Made by a program: the position numbers and the translations under genes
Shown: piece by piece, positions 1-8,876 of the stretch
Layout of the letters: each line of letters opens with the position of its first letter
Position numbering within the stretch: position 1 is the first letter of the stretch
Notes under the pieces: model-generated
The model's input: the letters and a program-made list of their open reading frames with translations, nothing else
Databases searched by the model: none
Told to the model about the DNA's origin: nothing
Source: an uncultured Fibrobacterota bacterium
GTDB taxonomy: Bacteria > Fibrobacterota > Chitinivibrionia > Chitinivibrionales > FEN-1185
DNA length: 64,000 nucleotides
Direction of reading: 5' to 3'
NCBI GenBank assembly: GCA_963729895.1
Contig: CAVSQB010000010.1
Span: forward strand, 1 to 64,000

Positions 1-1310
1 GGTGTTGAAAAAGTCTCCCTTTTGTAAACATTTATCCTTATATTATAGGGGAACCCCAACCAAGGAGTATTGATGAGAGGTTCCCAGCCAGCCCAAGGCG
101 GTATGTTCAGCTTCGTTTCTCCGGATTCCCGAGTGCCGGCAACACACCCGCTTCGTCGTGTCAAACAGTTTACGGACATAGCGCTGCGCCGCCTTTCTCG
201 TGACTTTGAGGCGATGTACAGCCGGATGGGACGCCCTTCGATACCGCCGGAATGGCTTTTGAAAGCACAGATATTGATGGCTTTGTTTTCGATACGGTCG
301 GACCGGTTGTTTTGCGAGATGCTGGACTATAACATTCTGTTCCGATGGTTTCTTGACATGGATCTGGATGCGGCATCGTTTGATCATAGTGTGTTTTCGA
401 AGAACCGAGATCGACTTATGGAACAGGAGATTGCGCACCGGCTGATGCAGGAAATCGTGCGTCTTGCTCGTTCCGAAGAGTTGTTGTCCGATGAGCATTT
501 CACGGTTGACGGCACGTTGATTGAAGCCTGGGCATCGATGAAGAGCTTCAAGCGAAAAGACGCGGAATCGGCGAACAAGACTGACGATGATCGGAGTAAT
601 CCGTCGGTTGATTTCCACCATGAGAAGCGAAGCAATGAGACACATCAGAGTTCGACCGATCCAGAGGCGCTGTTGGCTCGGAAGAACAAGAGAACGGGAG
701 CGCAGCTGGCGTATTCCGGTCACGTGCTGATGGAAAACCGAAATGGGTTGTGTGTTGATATCGCCATTGCGCCAGCGACGGGGACAGCGGAACGGGATAT
801 GGCGCTTGAGCTGATAAAGCATGAACGCAGGCGCGGAAAACGCCGGATGAAGACGGTGGGTGCAGACAAAGGGTATCATGCAACCGAATTTATCAAGAGC
901 CTGCGACGCCTGCACGTGAAGCCTCACATTGCCGAGAAGGCCAACACTTCGCTTAAAGGGTTGGATGGAAGAACGACTCGGCATAAGGGATACAGCGTAA
1001 GTCAAAGGAAACGAAAACGGGTTGAAGAGATATTTGGGTGGATCAAGAGCGTCGGTGGCCTGCGGAAAACTCGGGTAAGAGGAATACGAATCAACCAGAC
1101 TGTTGCCTACGTGGTTGCCGCAGCGTACAACTTGATACGCATGGTTAAGTTGATGCCGCAAACGGTGGGGGCAGCATGAGAATGGCCTGGGAATCCGGGG
1201 AAATGCCTCGGAACGAGGCAGGTAAAACCTCTCTGACATATGTAAAGTTGAAGTTAGGTTCATAAAAAATCAACAAGAGCGCTTCTGTTAGGACTATTTC
1301 AACAACCTGC
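1..1310 (+). mobile_element. IS5-family insertion sequence, copy 1 (first 4 nt of the left IR lie outside the window)
   Basis: Matches 20860-22169 apart from two substitutions noticed (671 T/G, 1006 A/C). Right IR GACTATTTCAACAACCTGC ends at 1310 and is followed by TA. Confidence 0.93.
70..1179 (+). CDS. IS5-family DDE transposase (369 aa; TTG at 70 or ATG at 73)
   Basis: GRPSIPPE/RSDR/FRWF N-terminal motif, catalytic VDGT, ADKGY and R-VEEIFGW-K motifs; AAGGAG RBS at 62-67. Confidence 0.95.
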   Translation: MMRGSQPAQGGMFSFVSPDSRVPATHPLRRVKQFTDIALRRLSRDFEAMYSRMGRPSIPPEWLLKAQILMALFSIRSDRLFCEMLDYNILFRWFLDMDLDAASFDHSVFSKNRDRLMEQEIAHRLMQEIVRLARSEELLSDEHFTVDGTLIEAWASMKSFKRKDAESANKTDDDRSNPSVDFHHEKRSNETHQSSTDPEALLARKNKRTGAQLAYSGHVLMENRNGLCVDIAIAPATGTAERDMALELIKHERRRGKRRMKTVGADKGYHATEFIKSLRRLHVKPHIAEKANTSLKGLDGRTTRHKGYSVSQRKRKRVEEIFGWIKSVGGLRKTRVRGIRINQTVAYVVAAAYNLIRMVKLMPQTVGAA

Positions 1311-1495
1311 TAGAGACTGCTTGTCCCCTGCCTTGAAATATACCGGATATGGAAGGAATGTTCAAGAGGTTTCAATATAAAGCGTTTTCTTGAAGAAAAC
1401 TTAATTTGATGATAAAACTCGTAAGTCTTTGGTTTATATGAGTAGCTACAGGTTAAAATCTCATTGAATCTACGTGTGAAGTTCTTTGCCTCGAA

Positions 1496-1578
1496 CGCCC
1501 CCTAAATCACCCGAAAGGGGACTTATGATGAAATTCGCTCCTCTATATCCCCCCTTCGGGGGGATTTTTAGGGGGGCG
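1496..1578. repeat. REP/REPIN-like nested palindrome
   Basis: Outer arms CGCCCCCTAAA / TTTAGGGGGGCG enclose two G/C hairpins (CCCGAAAGGG and TCCCCCC-TTCG-GGGGGA). Confidence 0.6.
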
Positions 1579-1597
1579 CGTGGCGGATACCCACAAT

Positions 1598-1631
1598 AAA
1601 AAAAGCCCCGCGCGGATGCGCGGGGCTTTTT
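1598..1631. terminator. Bidirectional intrinsic terminator downstream of the 533-aa lipoprotein gene
   Basis: AAAAAGCCCCGCGC-GGAT-GCGCGGGGCTTTTT perfect stem with A/T tracts on both sides. Confidence 0.85.
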
Positions 1632-1661
1632 ACTCGAGAGAACTAAGAAGCTAAGCGTCGG

Positions 1662-3263
1662 TTACTTTGCCTTGACCTTTGCAACGGAGACGCGCTTCTT
1701 TGCAACGCCTACCGGTAGGGTCCAATAGACGTTATCTATCACAACGGTCTCTCCCATGGTGTACGGCAACATGTTAACACCAAGGAAGTAATCGACATTC
1801 GATAGATCGCATGTCGCGGCCCATGCAGAAAGCGGTATCATGAGATCATGCCAGTTTCCGTTCGCGACAAAACCAGCGGATGAAGCGGTTATCCATGTCT
1901 GAGCTGTTTTGTTCAGGTTCTCGACCAAGAGGCCGAAATCGGCACCGGGAGTCGAACATTTGATTGACACATGAAGCGAGCAGTTCGCATAGGTCGACAT
2001 ATCGACGGCGCCCAAAGCACCGCCTGGAAAATCGGCCCATCCAAAGCCTGCCCACGTTGCACCAATCCCTGTGATTGCCACGGCATGTCCCCCGTTTTCT
2101 CCAACTGAATCAACAGTGTCGATCGTGCAGGTATTGGTCCATGAAAGAAGCGAGATAACAACGCTTGTGTCAAGGGAAGATGCTGCGGTATAGTTTGGCG
2201 AGAAAATCCCGAACGCAGGCTTCTGGTTCGAGTACCAGTTCGCCGTTGCGCTCTTCGTCAGGTTCTGGACGGCGTCGAAGTATGAGACCGTAACCATGTC
2301 GCTGTCCTGAACACCGACTGCGGTTGCAGTCATGCTGAGGCTGAAACCAACGCTGCCCGTGAATATCCACGGAGTGCCCGGGACCGCGGTAAGCGTCACA
2401 GCAATAGTGTCACCGGCCTTCTGGCTGCTCACGTTTACAACAAGCGAAGTAGCAACAGTGTGGTCGTCCGTAAGGGTGATCATCATCTTTTCAAACCCGT
2501 TGTATGCACTCGAGTCCGGCGTAATCACCACAGACGCCCCCTGCCACTGCGCCTGTGCCGTGGCGACGGAAGCCGGAACTACCAGGTCCGAATACGTCAC
2601 GGTAACCGCGTCGTTGTTGCGAACGTGAACCGTGTCTGCACCCGTGAGCGTGTTGCCCACATTGAAGTACACCTTGCCTGTATACATGCCAATGGTGCCG
2701 GCAGAGGCAAGAACAACGGGAACAGGCGTCGTAAAGGTAGTTGTGGCAACATTCACGGTCACGGTTGTGCTGGATATGTTTGTGTCTGTTACCGTAATCG
2801 TCATGGGAGCGGTAATGCCCGTATATGTGGCGGCATCAAGAGCAACGCCCACTGCGCCGCCTTTCCAGATGAGAGTGGCCGTCCGGAGGCCGGCCGGTTT
2901 TGCGTCTTTGTAGGTAACCGTCACCTCGCTGCCGTCACTCACCTTTATCGTATCGAGGCCCGAGGCGACTGTGGAGAAATAAAGTTGGCCGGTGTATACG
3001 CCTTTTGACCCGGTGAGAATAAGCATGGTGCCAAGATGGTCCACATCGCTTGTTATTGTCAGGGTGTCGGCCGTACCGGTGAGGTCAGCGTCCTTGAGGG
3101 TAACGGTTACCGGGTCTTTTGTGCCTACGGAAACGTCAGCGGACACCGAGTCGCTCAAAAGGACCTTGCCTTCGGTTCCTTTTGGTTCCGTTCCGCACCC
3201 TGTTGTGCACAACGCCGCGAGCGCTGCGCTTACGCCAAGAATTGAGAGCAGTACTTTTTTCAT
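1662..3263 (-). CDS. Lipoprotein with three ~105-aa Ig-like repeats and a C-terminal carbohydrate-binding (jelly-roll)-like domain
   Basis: Signal peptide ending TTGC; three repeats with (Y/F)TG..(Y/G)F and VTV.Y.D...W; C-terminal WAGFGW, W..L.IPLSAW and IDNVYW; GGGGGG RBS. Confidence 0.75.
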   Translation of the reverse strand: MKKVLLSILGVSAALAALCTTGCGTEPKGTEGKVLLSDSVSADVSVGTKDPVTVTLKDADLTGTADTLTITSDVDHLGTMLILTGSKGVYTGQLYFSTVASGLDTIKVSDGSEVTVTYKDAKPAGLRTATLIWKGGAVGVALDAATYTGITAPMTITVTDTNISSTTVTVNVATTTFTTPVPVVLASAGTIGMYTGKVYFNVGNTLTGADTVHVRNNDAVTVTYSDLVVPASVATAQAQWQGASVVITPDSSAYNGFEKMMITLTDDHTVATSLVVNVSSQKAGDTIAVTLTAVPGTPWIFTGSVGFSLSMTATAVGVQDSDMVTVSYFDAVQNLTKSATANWYSNQKPAFGIFSPNYTAASSLDTSVVISLLSWTNTCTIDTVDSVGENGGHAVAITGIGATWAGFGWADFPGGALGAVDMSTYANCSLHVSIKCSTPGADFGLLVENLNKTAQTWITASSAGFVANGNWHDLMIPLSAWAATCDLSNVDYFLGVNMLPYTMGETVVIDNVYWTLPVGVAKKRVSVAKVKAK

Positions 3264-3759
3264 CTTCCCCCCTTAGGAAAGGATTGTTGAGTTGAATAAA
3301 GGATATTGGAATACTTGGATTTTCGCCAGCCTGATAATATATGTGGGTTAAATTGGTTTAAGCAAGGAAAAAAACCTTCCCTTGAGTAAGTTTCAATGGT
3401 AATCCAAAATCCGGCTTCGCGAAAATTCCGGTAACCGGAAAGAATGGGAAGCTCCGGATCCCATTACAATAACATTACAATAAGATGTGAGAACCCGCGT
3501 TGCGGCATAATGCTTCCATAGCATACATTCGCCGGGACCGGTTGAAAAAATCCGTATACAGGACGTATACACATTTTTTTCGTGTCTGCCGCGCGAATGC
3601 ATCCGCGTTCGCGCGAAGCACTATCACGAAGCGCTATAAAGGATGCATAATTCGTCATGCGACCCGTTTTTTTTTGCATATTATAGGAACGCAATGAGCG
3701 ATCACGTAATTTCCGGGAGAGAAAATCCGCAAACAATACATTCAAGGAGGGGTCTGTCT

Positions 3760-6144
3760 ATGATGAGTATCAAGAACGTTTCACTATTCATAAGCGCACT
3801 GGCGGCATGCGCCGCCGTTTTCGGGCAGAGCGGCGATTTCCAGACAAAAGGGGAAGTGGTGGATGCCAACGGAGTCGGCATACCCATGGCCACGGCCACC
3901 TACACCAGTGTCGCAATGCGGCTGTCGTGGGATTTCTCCCTGTCGGACGGGACTTTCGGCGGCAAGACCGTGTCCGTCAAAGAGCCTTCCTGGCAGAATC
4001 CCAAGGTGATAATGCCGTCGGAAGGCCCGGTCACCATAGATATCTTTGATATCGGCGGCAAGAGAGTGGAGACGGTTAACGGGAAACTTGACAAGGGAAC
4101 ATATTTCCTGCAGCCCCTTTCCGCAAAGCTCGCCCAGAGCATGTATGTGCTCAAGATCAAGGCGGGTGACAAAGTCACGTTTCAAAAGATGCTCAATGCC
4201 GGCATCAAGTCTCCGGGATACACCATCGCTCTTTCTTCGTCGAAGGAGCAGGTGGTGATGGCAAAGAAGCTCGCCGCGATTGACACCGTGCGCGTTGGAA
4301 AGACGGGGTATACCCCGGTATTTGTTCCTATCACGGCGTACGACGCCGATGTCGGCATTCTGACATTGCAAGCGGTCAACATCGAAGCCAAAGTGGACTC
4401 GCTTTTCGCCCTGATGACCCAGCTCCAGAAATGCGGCCAGCTTTGCATGCCGCCGTGGACTTCTGCACCAACAATAACCCCGGCTGTCGTGGCAAACAAC
4501 GCGTGCGGAAGCATTTTTGGCGGCGGCGGCTGTTTTAACGGCGGCAATACGCCCTCCTCATGCGCTGACCTGTTTGACAGTTACCAAAAGGCCGCAACGA
4601 CCACCGGGCTAAAGATCCCGATCCTCGCCGCATACGATGCGGTCCACGGCGCCAGCGCCGTTCCGCAGGCGACCATGCTGCCGCACAACCTGGCAATGGG
4701 TGCAATCCAGGACACCCTGTTGCTTCAAAAGGCATTTCGCGTGGCGGCGTTGGAAGTGCGCGGTTCCGGGGCAAACTGGGGCTATGGACCCTGCATTGCC
4801 GTGATACGTGACGATAGATGGGGACGCTCATACGAAGGTTTTTGTGAAACCCCGGAGCGCACCCAGATAATGGCACGGCACGCGGTTCTCGGCATCCAGA
4901 CCACCGACATGTCTTTGCCGCGGGCCTATCTTGCCACGTGCAAACATTTTGCCGGTGACGGCAACACCGTGAACGGCGTAAACCAGGGTGAGACTGTGGG
5001 TCCGGATGCAACGGCAAGAGCAATCAATCTACCGGGCTATGCTTCGGCCGTTGCCGCAGGCGTCGGATGCATCATGCCTTCATTTTCAAGCTGGTGTGAC
5101 GGTACCCCGATGCACCAGAACAAGACCCTTATGACCGGCTGGTTGAAATCCAACGCAGCAGGCAATCCGAACTTCCAGGGATTCGTCGTAGGCGACTGGG
5201 AAGCGGGCTGGCCTCTCCCGGTCTGCGAGGACGCAGGTCTCGACGTGCCGATGGCGCCCGGCACCAACGGCGGCAACCCCCCGGGCATAATATCTACCAA
5301 CGACCCGAATAATAACAATAACTTTACGAAGCTGTACGCCATGGGTGGAACGTATCCGGCGCGGGTGGATGATGCGGTCAAACGCGTGCTTCGCGTAAAA
5401 TGCTGGATGAACCTGTTCGACCCGAGTCAGCAATTGACGGACCGGTCACTTACCGCGCTTGTCGGCTGCTCAGCCCACCGCGATGTGGCCCGCGCATGCG
5501 TGAGAGCGTCATGCGTTCTTCTCAAAAACGCCGGTCCGGTTATCCCGATTCCCAAAACCGCAAATGTTGCAATATGGGGACAGGCTGGAAACGACATAGG
5601 TATCCAGTGCGGCGGATGGACGGTGAGCTGGCAGGGTCAAGCCGGGGCGATTCCCGGGGGCGGCGGCACATCCATCCTGACTGGGGTCCAGTCGCTTTGC
5701 ACGGGCGCGGTTACCTCTGCCGCGACGCCGACGGGGGCAGGGACTTCCGATTACGTCATTGCAGTCTTCAGCGAGAATCCCTACGCGGAAACGAGTTTCC
5801 CCGATGTCGCCCTTACGGGCAATGATGCGACCGGCACCAACCAGGCCGTCATTACCCAGGTCGCGGCCGCGCATGCTGCCGGCAAGAAGGTCATCGGCAT
5901 CCTTATTGCCGGAAGAGTTCTTGACATATCGGGAGTGCTTCCCAGTTGCGACGCGTTCATCTGGGCATGCCTGCCCGGTACCGAAGGTGGGTTGGGCATA
6001 GCGCAATTGCTGTTCAAAGACCAGGGGTACGCTTTCTCCGGCAAGCTGCCGGTTACCTGGCCTACCTGCGCCACCTGTGAACCGATCAACTCCGGTGACG
6101 GACAAACAGGCTTGTTCGCCTACGGTTTCGGCCTCACCGACTAG
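3760..6144 (+). CDS. Secreted GH3 beta-glucan exohydrolase/beta-glucosidase 1
   Basis: AAGGAGG RBS before ATG 3760; signal peptide; DAVHG, RWGRSYEG, KHFAGDG, nucleophile VVGDW, QCGGW and acid/base ENPYAE motifs. Confidence 0.92.
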   Translation: MMSIKNVSLFISALAACAAVFGQSGDFQTKGEVVDANGVGIPMATATYTSVAMRLSWDFSLSDGTFGGKTVSVKEPSWQNPKVIMPSEGPVTIDIFDIGGKRVETVNGKLDKGTYFLQPLSAKLAQSMYVLKIKAGDKVTFQKMLNAGIKSPGYTIALSSSKEQVVMAKKLAAIDTVRVGKTGYTPVFVPITAYDADVGILTLQAVNIEAKVDSLFALMTQLQKCGQLCMPPWTSAPTITPAVVANNACGSIFGGGGCFNGGNTPSSCADLFDSYQKAATTTGLKIPILAAYDAVHGASAVPQATMLPHNLAMGAIQDTLLLQKAFRVAALEVRGSGANWGYGPCIAVIRDDRWGRSYEGFCETPERTQIMARHAVLGIQTTDMSLPRAYLATCKHFAGDGNTVNGVNQGETVGPDATARAINLPGYASAVAAGVGCIMPSFSSWCDGTPMHQNKTLMTGWLKSNAAGNPNFQGFVVGDWEAGWPLPVCEDAGLDVPMAPGTNGGNPPGIISTNDPNNNNNFTKLYAMGGTYPARVDDAVKRVLRVKCWMNLFDPSQQLTDRSLTALVGCSAHRDVARACVRASCVLLKNAGPVIPIPKTANVAIWGQAGNDIGIQCGGWTVSWQGQAGAIPGGGGTSILTGVQSLCTGAVTSAATPTGAGTSDYVIAVFSENPYAETSFPDVALTGNDATGTNQAVITQVAAAHAAGKKVIGILIAGRVLDISGVLPSCDAFIWACLPGTEGGLGIAQLLFKDQGYAFSGKLPVTWPTCATCEPINSGDGQTGLFAYGFGLTD

Positions 6145-6170
6145 TCTTGTTGAAGTTCCCGCCGTTTTTT

Positions 6171-6201
6171 GCAGCCGCGGAATCATCTCCGCGGCTGTTT
6201 T
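6171..6201 (+). terminator. Intrinsic terminator after GH3-1 (short U tract)
   Basis: GCAGCCGCGGA-atcatc-TCCGCGGCTGT followed by TTT. Confidence 0.7.
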
Positions 6202-6447
6202 GCTGTTCTTGCACGGGTAGTTGGGGCGCAGAAAATATGTGAAAAAATGCATGCGATCGGCTCGTGGAATCTTTATTTTATTATATTGTCTGTTTTCTTT
6301 CGTATATTATACGCTGGTATGATGCACGGGCATGATCTCATCTTCGGTCCTCATTATATGAGAAAGGCCGTGCGTAAGACGCGGTGACCAGGCTATTTCC
6401 CGGATAGAAAATCCGAAAAACAACAAACATTCAAGGAGGCCCTGTCT

Positions 6448-8847
6448 ATGCGAAGTATCAAGAAAGTTTCGATGTTCATAACCGCGTTGGCGGTTTATGC
6501 AAGCGTCTTTGGGCAAAGCGGAGATTTCCAGACAACCGGGCATGTCCAAGCTAACGGCGCAGCGTTGCAAAGCGCAACGGTGACCTATACCAGCGTCGCA
6601 CAGCGTTTGTCGTGGGATTTCTCCAAGGCGGACGGATCCTTCGGCATCGGGCCGCTATCCGTCCTTCCGCAGACGCCGGACCAACGGATTACGCTTCCGG
6701 CAGACGGACCGATTACGGTCGATATTTTCGACGTCGGCGGGAAGAGGATAACCACAGTGAGCGGCAAGCTTGACAAAGGAACATATCTTCTGCAGCCGTT
6801 CTCGGCCAAGCTCGCGCAAGCCATGTACCTCTTGAAGATCAAGGTCGGGGAAAAGGTGACGTACCAAAAACTGCTCACCACGGGCAATTCCAGGAACGGA
6901 ATAGCCATTGCCGCTTCTCCCTCGAATGCTCCCACCGTTCTGGCAAAGAAGCTTGCCGCGGTCGATACGGTCCGCGTCGGCAAGACCGGCTATACGCCGG
7001 TATTTATTCCCATCGCCGCTTACGCGAGCGACGTGGGCACCGTTACCTTGGACAGCATCGACATCGAGGGGCTGGTCAATACGGTGTTTAACCAGATGAC
7101 GCCCGCTCAGAAATACGGAGCTTGTGCGATGCCCGATTTTCAGGACGACAATCCGGCGCAATGTGCAGCCGATTTCTGCGGTCTCACTTTCGGCGGCGGC
7201 GGCTGTTTTCAGGGCTCTGCTAACCCATCAGCTGTTGCAAACGAGGTCGACGGTTTCCAAACAGCCGCAATGGGTACAACTCTGAAGATCCCGATGCTGT
7301 TCGGATATGATGCGGTACATGGCGCCAGCGCGGTCCCGGGCGTGACCCTTTTCCCCCACAATCTTGGAATGGGCGCGATTCAGGATACGTTGTTGATTCA
7401 AAAGGCATTCCGGGTTGCGGCCCTGGAAGTTCGGGGATCGGGAGCAAACTTCGGGTTTGGACCTTGCATTGCGGTGATCCGCGACGACCGCTGGGGACGC
7501 TCGTACGAGGGCTTCTGCGAAACGCCGGAACGCACCCAGATAATGGCCAACAACGCCGTTTTGGGCCTTCAAACCACCGATTTGTCTCTTCCCCGGGCCT
7601 ATGCCGCATGCGCCAAACATTTTGCCGGTGACGGTAACACGGTAAACGGCACCAACGGAGGAACAACCCAGGGGCCCGATTCCGCGGCTCGCGCGGTCAA
7701 TCTGCCGGGTTACGCTGCCGCGGTTAACGCCGGCGTGGCAACTATCATGCCCTCATTTTCATCGTGGTGCGCTGGAGTCATACCGTCAACGATAATGTCC
7801 AAGGAGACTCCCCTCCTGACGAACTGGCTGAAACTCGGACAACAGGTCGGGCAGGCCGGGTCAGAGGTCCCATATCCTCCGAATGGTCCCAACCCGCCTT
7901 TCAAGGGTTTTCTTGTGAGCGACTGGGACGCGGTGGGAACGCTTGACTTTTTGAATGCCGGCGGCGACGTTTTGATGTCTCCTGAATACGGCCTGGGCGT
8001 TATCAACGATTTTACCACGTATTACGGCACCATTCAGGCGAGGGTCACCGATGCAATCAAACGCGTGCTCCGCGTGAAAGCATGGATGGGCATGCTCAGC
8101 TATTATCAAAACCAGACGACTCCGGCTTATTTGACAGATAGGAGTTTGACGGCCGTGGTCTACTCCCAGCCTCACCGGGACGTGGCCCGCGCGTGCGTGA
8201 GGGCCTCCCTTGTTCTTCTCAAGAACAACTCGGTCGGCGGCACGCCTGTTCTGCCGATTCCCACAACCGCCAACGTAGCGATATGGGGCAATGCCGGTGA
8301 TAATGTCGGTATCCAGTGCGGAGGCTGGGCAGTGAGCTGGCAAGGTCAGGTGGGAGGCATTCCGGGCGGCGCCGGCACCTCCATCAGAGCCGGTATTCAG
8401 ACGATTTGCAACAACGTGAGTTACACCGCGACGCCGAATGCAGTGGGTACCTCCGATTATGTCATTGCAGTTCTCAGCGAGAATCCCTACGCGGAAACGG
8501 ACTTCCCGGACATCAGCCTGAACGATAAGGACCAAAGCTCGTCGAACACCGCCGTTATGACGGAGATCGCGGCGGCGCACACAGCCGGGAAAAAGGTGAT
8601 CGGGGTCCTCATAGCCGGAAGGGTGCTTGACATTTCGACAGTCCTTCCCAATTGCGACGCGTTTGTCTGGGCCTGTTTGCCGGGCACCGAAGGATTGGGC
8701 GTCGGCGAAATGCTGTTCGGCGTCAACGGGTACAAGTTTACGGGCAAACTCCCTGTTACCTGGCCTGCGAGCCTGGCTCAGGAACCCATCAATTACGGCG
8801 ATGGAAAAACGGGTTTGTTCGCCTACGGCTATGGACTCACAGACTAG
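6448..8847 (+). CDS. Secreted GH3 beta-glucan exohydrolase 2 (tandem paralog of GH3-1)
   Basis: Same motifs (DAVHG, KHFAGDG, LVSDW, ENPYAE); closely similar to 3760-6144; AAGGAGG RBS. Confidence 0.92.
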   Translation: MRSIKKVSMFITALAVYASVFGQSGDFQTTGHVQANGAALQSATVTYTSVAQRLSWDFSKADGSFGIGPLSVLPQTPDQRITLPADGPITVDIFDVGGKRITTVSGKLDKGTYLLQPFSAKLAQAMYLLKIKVGEKVTYQKLLTTGNSRNGIAIAASPSNAPTVLAKKLAAVDTVRVGKTGYTPVFIPIAAYASDVGTVTLDSIDIEGLVNTVFNQMTPAQKYGACAMPDFQDDNPAQCAADFCGLTFGGGGCFQGSANPSAVANEVDGFQTAAMGTTLKIPMLFGYDAVHGASAVPGVTLFPHNLGMGAIQDTLLIQKAFRVAALEVRGSGANFGFGPCIAVIRDDRWGRSYEGFCETPERTQIMANNAVLGLQTTDLSLPRAYAACAKHFAGDGNTVNGTNGGTTQGPDSAARAVNLPGYAAAVNAGVATIMPSFSSWCAGVIPSTIMSKETPLLTNWLKLGQQVGQAGSEVPYPPNGPNPPFKGFLVSDWDAVGTLDFLNAGGDVLMSPEYGLGVINDFTTYYGTIQARVTDAIKRVLRVKAWMGMLSYYQNQTTPAYLTDRSLTAVVYSQPHRDVARACVRASLVLLKNNSVGGTPVLPIPTTANVAIWGNAGDNVGIQCGGWAVSWQGQVGGIPGGAGTSIRAGIQTICNNVSYTATPNAVGTSDYVIAVLSENPYAETDFPDISLNDKDQSSSNTAVMTEIAAAHTAGKKVIGVLIAGRVLDISTVLPNCDAFVWACLPGTEGLGVGEMLFGVNGYKFTGKLPVTWPASLAQEPINYGDGKTGLFAYGYGLTD

Positions 8848-8876
8848 CGTTATCTGATTTTCCCGCCGTTTTTTGC

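Noticed and set aside
43..1263. 406-aa antisense ORF across the IS5 transposase (also 20902-22122)
   Set aside because: No recognisable motif; it shadows a clear transposase. Its presence in both copies reflects IS identity, not selection.
1311..1410. Protein-like fragment RLLVPCLEIYRIWKECSRGFNIKRFLEENLI* right after IS5 copy 1
   Set aside because: The frame begins with TAG at the target site and the left flank is outside the window, so an interrupted gene cannot be supported.
3643..3759. N-terminal extensions from the ORF finder (also 12689, 22200, 35320, 45047, 48983, 62121, 62900)
   Set aside because: Downstream starts have the RBS, the signal peptide or family N-terminus, or agree with paralogs.
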